In this document: in pieces, positions 18,167 to 28,475 of the stretch
How positions within the stretch are numbered: the stretch's first letter is position 1
How the letters are laid out: each line of letters starts with the position of its first letter
Origin: Planctomycetota bacterium
Lineage (GTDB): Bacteria; Planctomycetota; Phycisphaerae; SM23-33
Assembly (NCBI GenBank): GCA_024275995.1
Contig: JAJRYB010000044.1
Coordinates: forward strand, 13,041-77,040
Length of the DNA: 64,000 bases
Reading direction: 5' to 3'
The notes under the pieces: model-generated
The model's database searches: none
Told to the model about the DNA's origin: nothing
What the model saw: only the letters and a program-made list of their open reading frames with translations
Translations under genes and position numbers: made by a program

Positions 18167-21100
18167 TCAGGCTTCGCATATTCGACGGTAAGGGCACCAG
18201 CGGCAATATATACCTGTTTTGCGTGCGAATTGCCCGCTTCGACGTGCGGCGATCAACTCCTCGGCAAGCGACGATGCCTTCTCGCATCCGTCATGCAAAG
18301 CCTGCTCGGAAATTTCGAGACGGTGCGTCACAGAAGGTCTGAGGAAATACACCTCCGCCTCGACGGACCCGGCCTCGAAATACCGCACCATCGCCGCGGC
18401 GTAAAGGAGCAGTTGAAGCTCGTATCTGCCTGCCCGCTCGGCGGCGCGATCAGGTGGAATTTGATCCGACTTGTAATCTATTATTTTTACATGACTTGCG
18501 CTAATGACGCACGCGAGATCGACCTGCCCACGCAGCGTGGCGACCCCTGCGTCCATTATGAAGTCCAACTCGCGATAGACTCTCTCAGCCGATGTAACAT
18601 CTTTGAATAACTGACTTTGCAGGAATTTGCCCAGGAGTTTTTCCCAGACGCCGTCAAGCGTCGCTGCCGAGGCGAGTTCATCCAGGCCCAGTTCGGAAAG
18701 GGCGGCGGCGAGAATGGCGTCCGCTGACTGTGGATGATCGAAGTCCAGTAATTCCAGGCACTTGTGAAGTATGCTTCCAAGTGTCAGCGGGTCGATTACC
18801 GTTTCGCCGCGATTTTTCGGCTCATTCGGCGCGCCGTCCCGCAGTTCGGGCGATTCCGGCAGTGCGCGAAGCTCATGCCGCCACCGGTAGAGTGTCGGGC
18901 AGTGCGCGAAATCGCCCAATGCCGTCACGCCGATCTCGACGCGCCCGAGCGATTTGGGCAGCGGGCCTGTCAGCGGACACGTTGCGCCGCCCGAATCGTC
19001 CGACGCGGTTATTATTTTGCGGGCGATTTCTCCGGTAGAACCAGCCTCGCGCAGGATGCGCCTGCCGTTCCGGCCGGTTGATCTGTCCTTCCGCTGCGCC
19101 GACGGTTGAACGCGCCGGACGATCAGCTCGTATTTTCCGTCGGCGTAAGCAATCGGCTTTTCGTCCGTCGGCATCGGAAGAATGCCCAGCGCTTCGTTCA
19201 GCAGCGAAAGATAGCTTCCCTTCATTTGGAAATCGTCCGGTTCTTTTTGCTTTTCCTTCTTGTGCCACTCTGCGCCCACGAAGATCAGCCGGTCCATGTG
19301 TATCGTCACGGCTACGTACAGCTTGCGTATGTCCTCACGAAGCTGGTCTTTGTTTTCATGGCGCAGTGCCGCTCGATAGGCTGAACTTTTATCTTCCTCG
19401 CCGTTTTTTTCGGCATTTTTCGCGAACAGTTTGCAGGTCCATCCCCAGTCGGCGCGGTACAGCAGCGGCACGGACCTAACTTCGTGTGCGACGTTCAGAT
19501 CCGGCAGGATAACGACGGGAAACTCCAGGCCCTTGGCCTTGTGGATCGTCATGAGACGAACGACGCTGTCGTTTTCGTCCGCAACGTCGGCCTGCTCGAA
19601 ACGCGACTCGTCCATCCGGACTTCTTCCATCTGCGTCAGGAAATCCGCCAGCGCGGCGTATTCATCGGACGCGGCGCGGGCCATTTCCATCAGCCGGCGT
19701 ACGTTTGCGACCATTCGCTTGCCGTCAGGTTGCGCCAGGAGGACGGCCTCATATCCGGTAATCTCTAATACGCGCCGGATAAGCTCGTCGATCGGCAGCG
19801 CGTCCTTGCAGGCCCGAAGCGTGTCGATCATGTCGACCGCCATCTCCAGCGCACTTCGATCCGCATCCGGAATCGCCGTCGCCTCGCCGCTTGCGATCAT
19901 CTCGCGCAGCACCGGCAGGTAAGGCTTCTCGCACGCCTGCGATATCCGCATGAGCGTTTCGTCGTCGATCCCCACCATGTCGCTTCGTAGAACGCCGAAA
20001 AGCGCGATATCGTCGAACGGGTTGTCGATCGCCGCCAGAACCGTTGCGATGTCGTATATTTCCTGCCGGTTGAAGAAATCCGCTCCACCGATGACGTAAT
20101 ACGGCACGTTACGATCCGCGAGATGCCGCTCGTACCGCGAGCTTTCCGTCATGCGTGAAAACAGAATTGCGATATCGCCGTATTCTGCCGCTCGCCACGT
20201 TTTCGCCGAGGCATCCCATACAGTGCGCTCGCGAGATTGGACCATTTGCCGGATACGCTCTGCCGTGACGGCGGCCTGGAGATCGGCAGCCTCGGCTGCG
20301 CTGCCGACCCGCTCGTCGCCCGGCGCATCTGCGAGAAGAATCTCGACCGACGGCCCGGAAGGCGATTCGCCGCGGTGCGCTCGGAGAGGTTCGTAATTAT
20401 CGCCCAGAAGCTTCGGCTTCGAGAAAAGCTCGTTCACGAACTCTATGCCCGCCTCGTGCGTACGGAACGACGTATCCAGCGATTCCTGCCGGGCCGGAGA
20501 AAGGTCGTCGCAAAGGTCCTCGAAAACTTCCACCTGCGCGCCACGAAAGCGGTAGATGCTCTGCTTGGCGTCGCCGACGATGAACAGCCGTCCGTCGTCA
20601 TTGGCGATGTTGCCGTCGGGAAAGATCAGCCCCAGCAGCATCTTGAGCTGGAAGGCGTCGGTGTCCTGCGCTTCGTCGATAAGCAGCTGGTCGATCCGCT
20701 CGCGAAGGTTCCGGGCGATTTCCGGGCGCGTCGCGAGCAGTTGAGCGGCGTAGTACAGCAGGTCGGTGAAATCCAGCATCCCACGCCGGCGTTTGGCGGA
20801 CGAGTATGCGTCGCAGGACAATATCGCCAGGCGCGCCAGCGCTGCCAGCGTCCCGGCTGAGAGGCGATCCGCATCGCCCAGCGGCTGGAAGTAAAACAGC
20901 ACATCTTCCAGTTGAGCGGCGATGTCCTTGATTCGATGGCGAACCGCCGTTGCGCCGCCTTCCCACGCTTTTCCACCGACACGCCCCGGCTGGAAGGCGA
21001 TCGCTTTTTCCAACGCCGCCGGAAGCTCTTGTTCGGAAGCGACGAAGACCGCGCCGACCGCCTCGACGAAACCGTCGCGAATCGGCAGGAGCTTATCGGC

Positions 21101-21820
21101 CGGATCGTCGCATTTGATACGTTTCAGTTCGTCGAATTTTTCGCGCAGTTCGTCGTCCGCCTTCAATTTCCCGATTTCGCGTTTCCGCTGCTCCAGCCAG
21201 AGTTTTTCCCAGCGGTGGAAAATCACGTCCGCGTCGGCGTATGCCGTCAACGGATCGTTGGTGCGGTTATCCACGAGCGTTATGGTCCGCCGGAGGATTT
21301 CATCGTACGATGCCTGCGAGAGAAGATTCATCGCGTCGGAGTTTTCCGATTTGATCGCGCTCAGTAGAGTTTCGTCGGCAGCCTGGCGGCGAAGGGGCTT
21401 CATGGTCACATCGTCCGGGCAGACGGCGAAATTCGGGTCCACCCCGACCAGCACCCCATGAGCTCGCAGCAGCGACGCGCAAAAACTGTGGATCGTGCTG
21501 ATCTGCGCGTCGGGAAGTTCCTGAACCCACCGGATGAGACGCCGTCGGTCTTCGCCTTTGCTCACGGCGACGCGCTCCAGGAGCATTCGCCGAACGCGGT
21601 CGGACATCTCGATCGCCGCCTTGTCCGTGAACGTCAGCGCCACGAAGTGCGACAGCGGGTCCTCGGCGTCCGGGTGGTTCATCAGCAGTTCCGTGAAGCG
21701 GCGCGCCAGCACGTAGGTCTTTCCGGAACCTGCCCCGCTGCGAACTGCGAGGTTCTCGCCAAGGCGCTGGACCGCGGCGCGTTTCTGGGCTTTTGTCAGT
21801 GTCAGGCGGATATCGCTCAT
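18167..21820 (-). CDS. addA: AddA/AdnA-like UvrD helicase-nuclease
   Basis: AGAGSGKT, IDEAQDT, GDAKQSIYRFRGA, MTIHKAKGLEF, IIDYKS, C-terminal CRWCPYRRIC. Motif VI reads YVAVTIH. Confidence 0.9.
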   Translation of the reverse strand: MSDIRLTLTKAQKRAAVQRLGENLAVRSGAGSGKTYVLARRFTELLMNHPDAEDPLSHFVALTFTDKAAIEMSDRVRRMLLERVAVSKGEDRRRLIRWVQELPDAQISTIHSFCASLLRAHGVLVGVDPNFAVCPDDVTMKPLRRQAADETLLSAIKSENSDAMNLLSQASYDEILRRTITLVDNRTNDPLTAYADADVIFHRWEKLWLEQRKREIGKLKADDELREKFDELKRIKCDDPADKLLPIRDGFVEAVGAVFVASEQELPAALEKAIAFQPGRVGGKAWEGGATAVRHRIKDIAAQLEDVLFYFQPLGDADRLSAGTLAALARLAILSCDAYSSAKRRRGMLDFTDLLYYAAQLLATRPEIARNLRERIDQLLIDEAQDTDAFQLKMLLGLIFPDGNIANDDGRLFIVGDAKQSIYRFRGAQVEVFEDLCDDLSPARQESLDTSFRTHEAGIEFVNELFSKPKLLGDNYEPLRAHRGESPSGPSVEILLADAPGDERVGSAAEAADLQAAVTAERIRQMVQSRERTVWDASAKTWRAAEYGDIAILFSRMTESSRYERHLADRNVPYYVIGGADFFNRQEIYDIATVLAAIDNPFDDIALFGVLRSDMVGIDDETLMRISQACEKPYLPVLREMIASGEATAIPDADRSALEMAVDMIDTLRACKDALPIDELIRRVLEITGYEAVLLAQPDGKRMVANVRRLMEMARAASDEYAALADFLTQMEEVRMDESRFEQADVADENDSVVRLMTIHKAKGLEFPVVILPDLNVAHEVRSVPLLYRADWGWTCKLFAKNAEKNGEEDKSSAYRAALRHENKDQLREDIRKLYVAVTIHMDRLIFVGAEWHKKEKQKEPDDFQMKGSYLSLLNEALGILPMPTDEKPIAYADGKYELIVRRVQPSAQRKDRSTGRNGRRILREAGSTGEIARKIITASDDSGGATCPLTGPLPKSLGRVEIGVTALGDFAHCPTLYRWRHELRALPESPELRDGAPNEPKNRGETVIDPLTLGSILHKCLELLDFDHPQSADAILAAALSELGLDELASAATLDGVWEKLLGKFLQSQLFKDVTSAERVYRELDFIMDAGVATLRGQVDLACVISASHVKIIDYKSDQIPPDRAAERAGRYELQLLLYAAAMVRYFEAGSVEAEVYFLRPSVTHRLEISEQALHDGCEKASSLAEELIAARRSGQFARKTGIYCRWCPYRRICEA

Positions 21821-24800
21821 GGCGAATCCTCCCGAGCTGTGACGGTAAGTTTCCGCTCGGCCCGGGGCGGACTGTGACGGCAGATCAGACGGTACGGGCA
21901 GTAGCTCGGGCATTTGTCGCTGCTGGGAAGCACGTCGAACCGCCCGGAGCGGATATCCGAGACGAACCGGCCCATCAGCTCGCGTGTTCGCTCCCGGTTT
22001 TCCGCGAAATCGACGACCGTCCGATACTCGTCGCCATATCGTTTTATCGCTGCGAACATTACGGATTTGTTGCTGCGCGTCTGGTGAAACGCGCCTCCGA
22101 CGATGTCTTCGTCGAAGAGTTTCGCCATCGCCTCGATGTAGACGGGCAGCTGCAGGTCGCGACCGGCGAGGATATCATCTTTTTTTGAGATGCCTCCGGT
22201 TTTGTAATCGACGGCGAGCAGGCCGGACACCGCTTCATATTCGATCCTGTCGAGGCGGTCGATTTTTCCTCTCAGCAGAATCTCGCCCACGGCGTCGGTG
22301 CTTATGGCGACAGGTGCGCTCCCGGCGTCCTCGCCGCTGTCGTCTTGGCCTGCGCCGCCGAAACCCAGCTCGAAGTGCAGGCTCTCGACTTTCATTGCGG
22401 TGTTTTTGCGCTGATCGGTCAGGTATTCCATCAATTCGTCATGTATTCGCTCTTTTTGAATTTTCCACAGGCCGGGGTACAGCGGGTGTTGTCGCTCGAC
22501 CTCCTCGCCGGCAGAGGCAATTGCACCGTCCAGCGCGGTGATAATCTGCTCATGCTCAATGTCCGCCAGGCGAACCGACTCGCCATCCGTATCGTCGCGC
22601 AGGCGGACCATCGTTCTGTACAGCACGTCGTGGATGAATATCCCACGCGAGACCGCCTCCAGGCGGCGTTCGGGCGACTCGATGCGATCCAGGTCGAGCA
22701 CGTACTTCGCGAAGAACCGCCACGGGCACTGGCCGTAGGCGCTTAACATGCTGGCTGAGAATATCGCTTCCGGACCGAATTTCCGCGACAGGGCGGAAAG
22801 GAGCTCTCCGCTTCCGATGCGCCCGTCGAAGGAATCGCAGGGCCGGTATCGCCATCGCCGATACGAAGATAACAGTCCCCGTGCGGTGCGTTCGATCATC
22901 TGCGGGACGTGTCCCGCCGCCCATGCCAGCGCGAACCCACGCGGGTCGATCTTCGTGTGGAACATGCCCGCCACGGCAGCGTTCAGGGCGTCGGTGGGCG
23001 AGGCGATTTCGTCGCAGGGCGGCACGATTTCGCCCGGCGCCACCCGTCGAAAAGCGCCTGCCTTGCGAGCGCTATCCAATCCACCAAAGGCATCCAGCAG
23101 GGAAAGCAGAAAACTGCTCGGAGCGCCCGAATCGTTCGCCGCGCCGCGATCCTGGAAACTGATCGTAACGCTCTTGTCCGCACGTCCCAACGCTACGTAG
23201 AACAGCAGCATCTCACGCGCGGTAAGGTCGCCCTTGCGATCGAGCGAAAGTCCGCTTTGCGACCATGCTGCCCGGTCGGTCTCCGTGATAAGCCCGCCGC
23301 TGCGACCTCGCTGCGGGAAAATATGCTCGCTGACGCCTAGGAGGAAAACGTGATCGTATCTCAGCGCGCGGGCGTCCAGGACGTCCATAACGTCCACGAG
23401 CGTTTCGGTTCGTGCGGCAGGGCAATTGACCGCCTCCAGCGCGGAAGCAAGACGCGCCGGCGAAACGCCCCGTTCGCCCGCTTCCTCCAGGGCGCAATTA
23501 AGCGTCTCCAGCGCACGCAGATCGCGCGCGATCAAATCGGGATCGCCATGGCGGATGATGGCTTCGCGAAGCCCCAACGCCTCGATGAGAGCGGCGATTC
23601 CTTCGCATCCGGCGTCGGGCCGATAAGCTTCGGAAATAATTTGAAAAAGCGCATCCAGCATGTCCGCGGCGCGGGCGAGCATCGGCGGCGAGGAAACCAG
23701 CGATGCGAACGAGGCCGGCTCGTCCGTCTCCTCGTCGTCCGACGAATTGCGCCTGGCGAGGCGCCCCGCTGCGGCGCGATACGCATCCCGACCTTCGAAA
23801 ACGTTACCGTTGCGTATGATCATTTCCGCCGTCGCGACGACGTCCTGGTCAAACTCGCCCAGCGCCTGCGGGCGGAAGTAGCAGCTCTTGATGACGCCAA
23901 GCACGCCGGCGAAGTCGAAACGCGGCGCGATTCCGATCGCGTTGAAAATGTAACGCACGATCGGCGTTTCGGAGAGCGGCTGGGATATCGGGGCAACGGG
24001 AACGTCGTGGGCGGCGAAGAGGCGCTCGATCACCGGACCGAACGCGTCCATGCTGCGCGCCAGGACGGCTATCGATCCTGCTGCCGCTCCGTCGGCGAGC
24101 AGTTTTTTGACGCGCCTTGCGACGGCGGCGACTTCGGCGGACGTGTCCGCCGCGGCTATTACGTGGAATCCGTCGGGCCAGTCCCGCTCCTTCGCGTCGA
24201 TGTCGAACACTGCCCGGCAGAGCGTCCCGCCGACGTGGTGGCGCCTGGGCGGTGTGAGTTCGATTTCCGTAAGGTTCCCCCCGAACGCACGTCGGACGTT
24301 CTCCAGCGTTCGCCCCGTCCATCGCCACATGCGCGGTCGGCTGTCCTCTGCGAAGGCCAGCGTCACCACGACGCGGCCGATCTTCTCCGCCAGGCGAACG
24401 AGTATCTCCAGTTGCGTCGGCGTGAAATCGGTGAATCCGTCCACGATAATCGCCGCGACATTCTCCACGCCCGCTATCGCTGCGCCGCCTTCGTCGGAGA
24501 GCAGGCAATCGCGCGCCAGCCACATTCTGCCCTCGACGTCGCAGGCATTTTCCGCCAGCAAGTGCCGCTGGTATTCCTGGTAGACCGCCAGCACGTCGCG
24601 GGTCCTTCCCGGAGCGTCGCCGATGATTTCGGCAAGTCGCTCCGGTTCGACCGCCGCCCGCTTGAGTTCGGAGATCGTACGATCGAGTGAAACGATAAGT
24701 CCGGGCGTATCGACCACGCTGGAAAGCACGCCGAATTTGCCGGCCCGGTTGAGTTCGTCTACGATCCGCTGGAGAAGCAGGCGCCTGCGAAATGGCGAGA

Positions 24801-25110
24801 GCAGTCTTCCCCTCCCACCGGCCGCGGCGATAATCCGCCCGCCCAACGCTGAAAACGTCATGACTTTCGCCGAGACCAGGACCCCCGACGGCGAGCGACG
24901 CAGCAGAAGGCGCTTCGTCGCTTCGACGGCGCGTGAGTTCGGGCAGACGATCACGCATCCGCCCGGGCGGGCGTCGCCGGCCAGACGCTCATAGACGCCA
25001 AGCGCCGCGGATGTCTTGCCGGTCCCCGCTTCTCCGCGCAGCACGATGACCGGCTGCGTTGCGGAGAGGATCCGCTCCGTGAGATCGGCATGTTCGCCCG
25101 GAAGTTCCAT
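21817..25110 (-). CDS. addB: AddB/AdnB-like PD-(D/E)XK nuclease subunit
   Basis: GEAGTGKT, VDGFTDFTPTQ, QCPWRFF, RGKIDRLD, VDYKTG, CPSYCPYRLIC. Overlaps the addA start. Confidence 0.88.
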   Translation of the reverse strand: MELPGEHADLTERILSATQPVIVLRGEAGTGKTSAALGVYERLAGDARPGGCVIVCPNSRAVEATKRLLLRRSPSGVLVSAKVMTFSALGGRIIAAAGGRGRLLSPFRRRLLLQRIVDELNRAGKFGVLSSVVDTPGLIVSLDRTISELKRAAVEPERLAEIIGDAPGRTRDVLAVYQEYQRHLLAENACDVEGRMWLARDCLLSDEGGAAIAGVENVAAIIVDGFTDFTPTQLEILVRLAEKIGRVVVTLAFAEDSRPRMWRWTGRTLENVRRAFGGNLTEIELTPPRRHHVGGTLCRAVFDIDAKERDWPDGFHVIAAADTSAEVAAVARRVKKLLADGAAAGSIAVLARSMDAFGPVIERLFAAHDVPVAPISQPLSETPIVRYIFNAIGIAPRFDFAGVLGVIKSCYFRPQALGEFDQDVVATAEMIIRNGNVFEGRDAYRAAAGRLARRNSSDDEETDEPASFASLVSSPPMLARAADMLDALFQIISEAYRPDAGCEGIAALIEALGLREAIIRHGDPDLIARDLRALETLNCALEEAGERGVSPARLASALEAVNCPAARTETLVDVMDVLDARALRYDHVFLLGVSEHIFPQRGRSGGLITETDRAAWSQSGLSLDRKGDLTAREMLLFYVALGRADKSVTISFQDRGAANDSGAPSSFLLSLLDAFGGLDSARKAGAFRRVAPGEIVPPCDEIASPTDALNAAVAGMFHTKIDPRGFALAWAAGHVPQMIERTARGLLSSYRRWRYRPCDSFDGRIGSGELLSALSRKFGPEAIFSASMLSAYGQCPWRFFAKYVLDLDRIESPERRLEAVSRGIFIHDVLYRTMVRLRDDTDGESVRLADIEHEQIITALDGAIASAGEEVERQHPLYPGLWKIQKERIHDELMEYLTDQRKNTAMKVESLHFELGFGGAGQDDSGEDAGSAPVAISTDAVGEILLRGKIDRLDRIEYEAVSGLLAVDYKTGGISKKDDILAGRDLQLPVYIEAMAKLFDEDIVGGAFHQTRSNKSVMFAAIKRYGDEYRTVVDFAENRERTRELMGRFVSDIRSGRFDVLPSSDKCPSYCPYRLICRHSPPRAERKLTVTAREDSP

Positions 25111-25258
25111 CCCGTGCTATTCTGACAGGCATCGGTCGCCATGACAACCGCTCGTCAGGGCGACGGAATTCGCGAAACTGCTGGCGGCGTCTTTACCTCG
25201 CAGGTAAAACCTGCCGATAGGGATTGGATAAGTCCCGTTTTTTTTTCAGGAGCATCGT

Positions 25259-28021
25259 ATGGCGAAGGGCTACTCCCTTCAGACAGTCAAAGAGCTTCAA
25301 GCGGCGTTCGATCAGGCGGACGTCCTGCGCCCCATGCGCATCGAGCGTTACGAGGACGGAGACGAGCTTGAATATGACGTTACGGGTGTCGCGCCCAGCC
25401 ATCCCGGCCGGGTGAAACTGCGGATCGAGCGATTCGTCGGCGGGGGGTTCGCCGGGCAGGTCTACCGCGTGAAGGTGCTGGAGCTTGAGTGCCCCGACGG
25501 CGATATCGCCGGTCTGACCGTCGGTGGCGCATACGCGGTGAAGATACTCCTGCCGCCGTCGAGTTTTTCCGAGCGGTTTCGCAATGCGATTTACGCGATT
25601 GGCTTCCAGGGGCCGTTCTCCCTCCAGGTGAACCCGGATGCAGCACGCGCCGGAGCGCTGTGGCAGAAATTTATCCGCCGTGCGGCGGGGATACGTTTGG
25701 GGACCTCCCGGGCCGTTACGGACATTCTGGCGACGTTCGTTGACCGGCGGATGGGAAGCTGCGGCGAAATCAGCGAGTGGATCGAGGGTCGCAACTGGCG
25801 TTTCGAGGTGGACGACAATCTCACCGAACGCAAACGCTGGAGGCCCGGTGACCCGGACGACGCTCTCAGCTCGCCGGAATATCGCGCAAAACGGACGTTC
25901 ATGAAGGATCTCGTCGATCTTCTGCACGAACTGGGCGCGCCGGAACTTGCCCGGCAGTACGAATGGAGCACCTGCAAAAGCCAGCCCAACGTGCTCAAGC
26001 GGCTGGACTGTGAGGACGATCCGGACCCCGCAGCCGGTCTGACGGCTGTGGATTTCCGCGCGGGTTTGGCGCTGCTTCCGCTGCTGCCGATGAGTCCGGG
26101 CGACTTCCGCCTGATCTTTCGCGGACTGATCCACGGCAGGCTTGTCCAGTTCGATCGCGGCGACCTGGACAAGCTCGAACGTTTCGTGGACGCACACGCC
26201 GAGACCTTCGCCGACATGCGGGATTCACTGGCGGAACTTCGCCGCTGCGACGCGGCCTATCGAGAATCGCTGCCGGACGTGACGCATCATCATGTTCGCC
26301 TTTTGTGCAGCCCGCGTTTGTGGAGAGGCCTGATCGGTAGCGCACGAACCGGCTGGGAGGTCCGCGGACTTGTCGATGATCGCTCGGCTGCGACGCTGCG
26401 AAAGAGCACGCTTGCGACGCTTATTTTCGGGTTGTTGGGGCTGGTTCAGGCCCTTGCGCCGCTGGCGGCGATAACGCTGGCGATGGCGCACTGGATTCCT
26501 CCGGGCTTCTGGGCTTACCCGGCGTGGTTCTTCGCGGCATGTTCACTGCTGGTCCCGCCGCTGATGCCTCTCGTCGCGGCGACCCTTGCCGCTGCGGGTT
26601 GGGCTTTCGGCGCGCTTTCGCCACCTGTGGCCGTAACTGTTCTGTGCCTGGCGCTGATCGCGCCGAAGGCTGCGAAGCTGCTCCGCCGCGTGTGGGGTCG
26701 CGGCGATTACCGGCGTCATTACGGGCGAATGCTCGTCAGCCCGTCGTACGCTCTTCATGCCGTAAGGGCGCGAATCGCGGAGTTGCTGATCAGATGGCAT
26801 CGCGCCGGGCGCGTCGGCGAAAAACGCGCGTTACTTCTGATGCGCCGTCCATGGCGGCTTATCTTCCATGCGCCGTTCGCGGTCCTGCCGGCCGGTATCC
26901 ATCGGGCCGTTACCGATTGGGGATTTTTCCTCGATCGCCTGCATTACATCGTGGTTCGACCGGTGCGATTGTATTTCAACGCGCCGATGCGCGAGCAGTG
27001 GTTGCGCGACATGCTTGCCGAGGGCAGGCGAAAACACATGCTCTCCGAGGACGACGCCCGCCTGATCGAGAAGCGAATGGACGAGCCGTTCATTCAGAAA
27101 TATCTCAAGAGCCTCGCCGTACACGTCTGCACGCTGCCCATCACGCAGATAGTCTCGGTGGCGATCGCGACGATCTATTATTTTCTCAATCGGGACGATC
27201 CGAACGCCTGGGCGAAGGGGCTGGGTATCATCGCGCTGTTCCAGATAACGCCGATCTCGCCAGGTTCGCTCGCACGGGGTCTTTACACGCTTCAACTGGT
27301 GATACGCGAGCGGAACTTCAAGGATTACAACATCGCGGTGTTCATGAGTTTCTTCAAGTACATCGGGTACCTGGCGTTTCCGATACAGATGGCCTACCGC
27401 TACCCGGCGCTGGCGCGTTTCATGGCCGGGCATTGGTCGACCGAGGCGGTGCACGTCGTGCCGGTTTTCGGGGAGCACGGAGCGCTTCTGGAACACGGCG
27501 TGTTCGACCTGTTCTACAATCGCCCGTTGACGATCCGCCGTTCGATGCGCCTGCGTCAGGAGGCGCGAGCGGGCAGGCGGGCGCGATCGTGGCACGTCCT
27601 GCCGTGCGTGCTGGTCGCGGCTGCGGTATTAATCGCCCTGAAAGCGGCGTATCTGGAATGGGCTGGATACGTGCCGGGTTTGGACCGGATATGGTGGATC
27701 GCGTTTTTCCCGCCGATGCTGGCAGGGGCTGCGATCGCCGTCTGGGCGGGTGGAATGTCGCTGGGCGGAAGGATAGCCCTGTCCGTCGCGGGCGGGCTGG
27801 CAGTGGCGATGGTGGACGGCGGGGTGCATCTGTGGATGGACCACGTTTACACGTTCGCCAAACCCTGGCCTCCCGAGATCACCGCGAAGGTCGTGTGGGA
27901 CTCCTCGGCGGTCGTCCTGTGGCGGGTGCTCTACTTCACGCTCGCAGCGACGATAGGCGCGCTGATAGCCGAGACCAGGCCTTTCAAATCCCAGCCAGGC
28001 GAAGCGCGAGTTGAGCGGTGA
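25259..28021 (+). CDS. Large hypothetical membrane protein with an N-terminal protein-kinase-like domain
   Basis: GGGFAGQVY (Gly-rich loop), YAVKIL, AVDF; multiple TM segments in the C-terminal half; RBS aggag. Confidence 0.7.
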   Translation: MAKGYSLQTVKELQAAFDQADVLRPMRIERYEDGDELEYDVTGVAPSHPGRVKLRIERFVGGGFAGQVYRVKVLELECPDGDIAGLTVGGAYAVKILLPPSSFSERFRNAIYAIGFQGPFSLQVNPDAARAGALWQKFIRRAAGIRLGTSRAVTDILATFVDRRMGSCGEISEWIEGRNWRFEVDDNLTERKRWRPGDPDDALSSPEYRAKRTFMKDLVDLLHELGAPELARQYEWSTCKSQPNVLKRLDCEDDPDPAAGLTAVDFRAGLALLPLLPMSPGDFRLIFRGLIHGRLVQFDRGDLDKLERFVDAHAETFADMRDSLAELRRCDAAYRESLPDVTHHHVRLLCSPRLWRGLIGSARTGWEVRGLVDDRSAATLRKSTLATLIFGLLGLVQALAPLAAITLAMAHWIPPGFWAYPAWFFAACSLLVPPLMPLVAATLAAAGWAFGALSPPVAVTVLCLALIAPKAAKLLRRVWGRGDYRRHYGRMLVSPSYALHAVRARIAELLIRWHRAGRVGEKRALLLMRRPWRLIFHAPFAVLPAGIHRAVTDWGFFLDRLHYIVVRPVRLYFNAPMREQWLRDMLAEGRRKHMLSEDDARLIEKRMDEPFIQKYLKSLAVHVCTLPITQIVSVAIATIYYFLNRDDPNAWAKGLGIIALFQITPISPGSLARGLYTLQLVIRERNFKDYNIAVFMSFFKYIGYLAFPIQMAYRYPALARFMAGHWSTEAVHVVPVFGEHGALLEHGVFDLFYNRPLTIRRSMRLRQEARAGRRARSWHVLPCVLVAAAVLIALKAAYLEWAGYVPGLDRIWWIAFFPPMLAGAAIAVWAGGMSLGGRIALSVAGGLAVAMVDGGVHLWMDHVYTFAKPWPPEITAKVVWDSSAVVLWRVLYFTLAATIGALIAETRPFKSQPGEARVER

Positions 28022-28475
28022 TATTCGCGTAGACGCCGGCTACGAGATCGTCGGCGAGTATTCCCCATCCGTGGGGCAATTTTTCCATCTGGCGCGCGGG
28101 GGGCGGCTTGAGGATGTCGAACACGCGGAACGCGACGAACGCCGCACCCGTCGCTATCAGCAGGCCTGCCCAGCCCTCGCCCATCGGAAGGGCGATAAGC
28201 GCGATCGCCTGTCCCGCCCATTCGTCGCAGGTGCAGTAGGACGGGTCTTTCCCGCCGAACGTCCGCTCGGCGAATGGTCCCAGCGCGACGCATCCGAGAG
28301 ACGCGAGTACCGCAAGTGCTATCGTCGCGCCGGTAGTCCACGCGGAGCTGCCGGAAAAACCACGCGCCGCGGCGAGGAACACCAGGCACGCCGCCAGCGA
28401 ACCCCACGTACCCGGCGCTATCGGCAGGTAGCCCGTTCCGAGACCCGTCACGAGGAGTTTGCGCAGCGAGTTCAC
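27984..28475 (-). CDS. pgpA: Phosphatidylglycerophosphatase A
   Basis: APGTWGS, DP...DEWAG, FRVFDILKPPP, GILADDLVAG. Confidence 0.93.
   Translation of the reverse strand: MNSLRKLLVTGLGTGYLPIAPGTWGSLAACLVFLAAARGFSGSSAWTTGATIALAVLASLGCVALGPFAERTFGGKDPSYCTCDEWAGQAIALIALPMGEGWAGLLIATGAAFVAFRVFDILKPPPARQMEKLPHGWGILADDLVAGVYANITAQLALRLAGI

Noticed and set aside
18041-18610. 189-aa plus-strand ORF overlapping the addA 3' end
   Set aside because: Mostly antisense to addA, with no recognisable motif or RBS.
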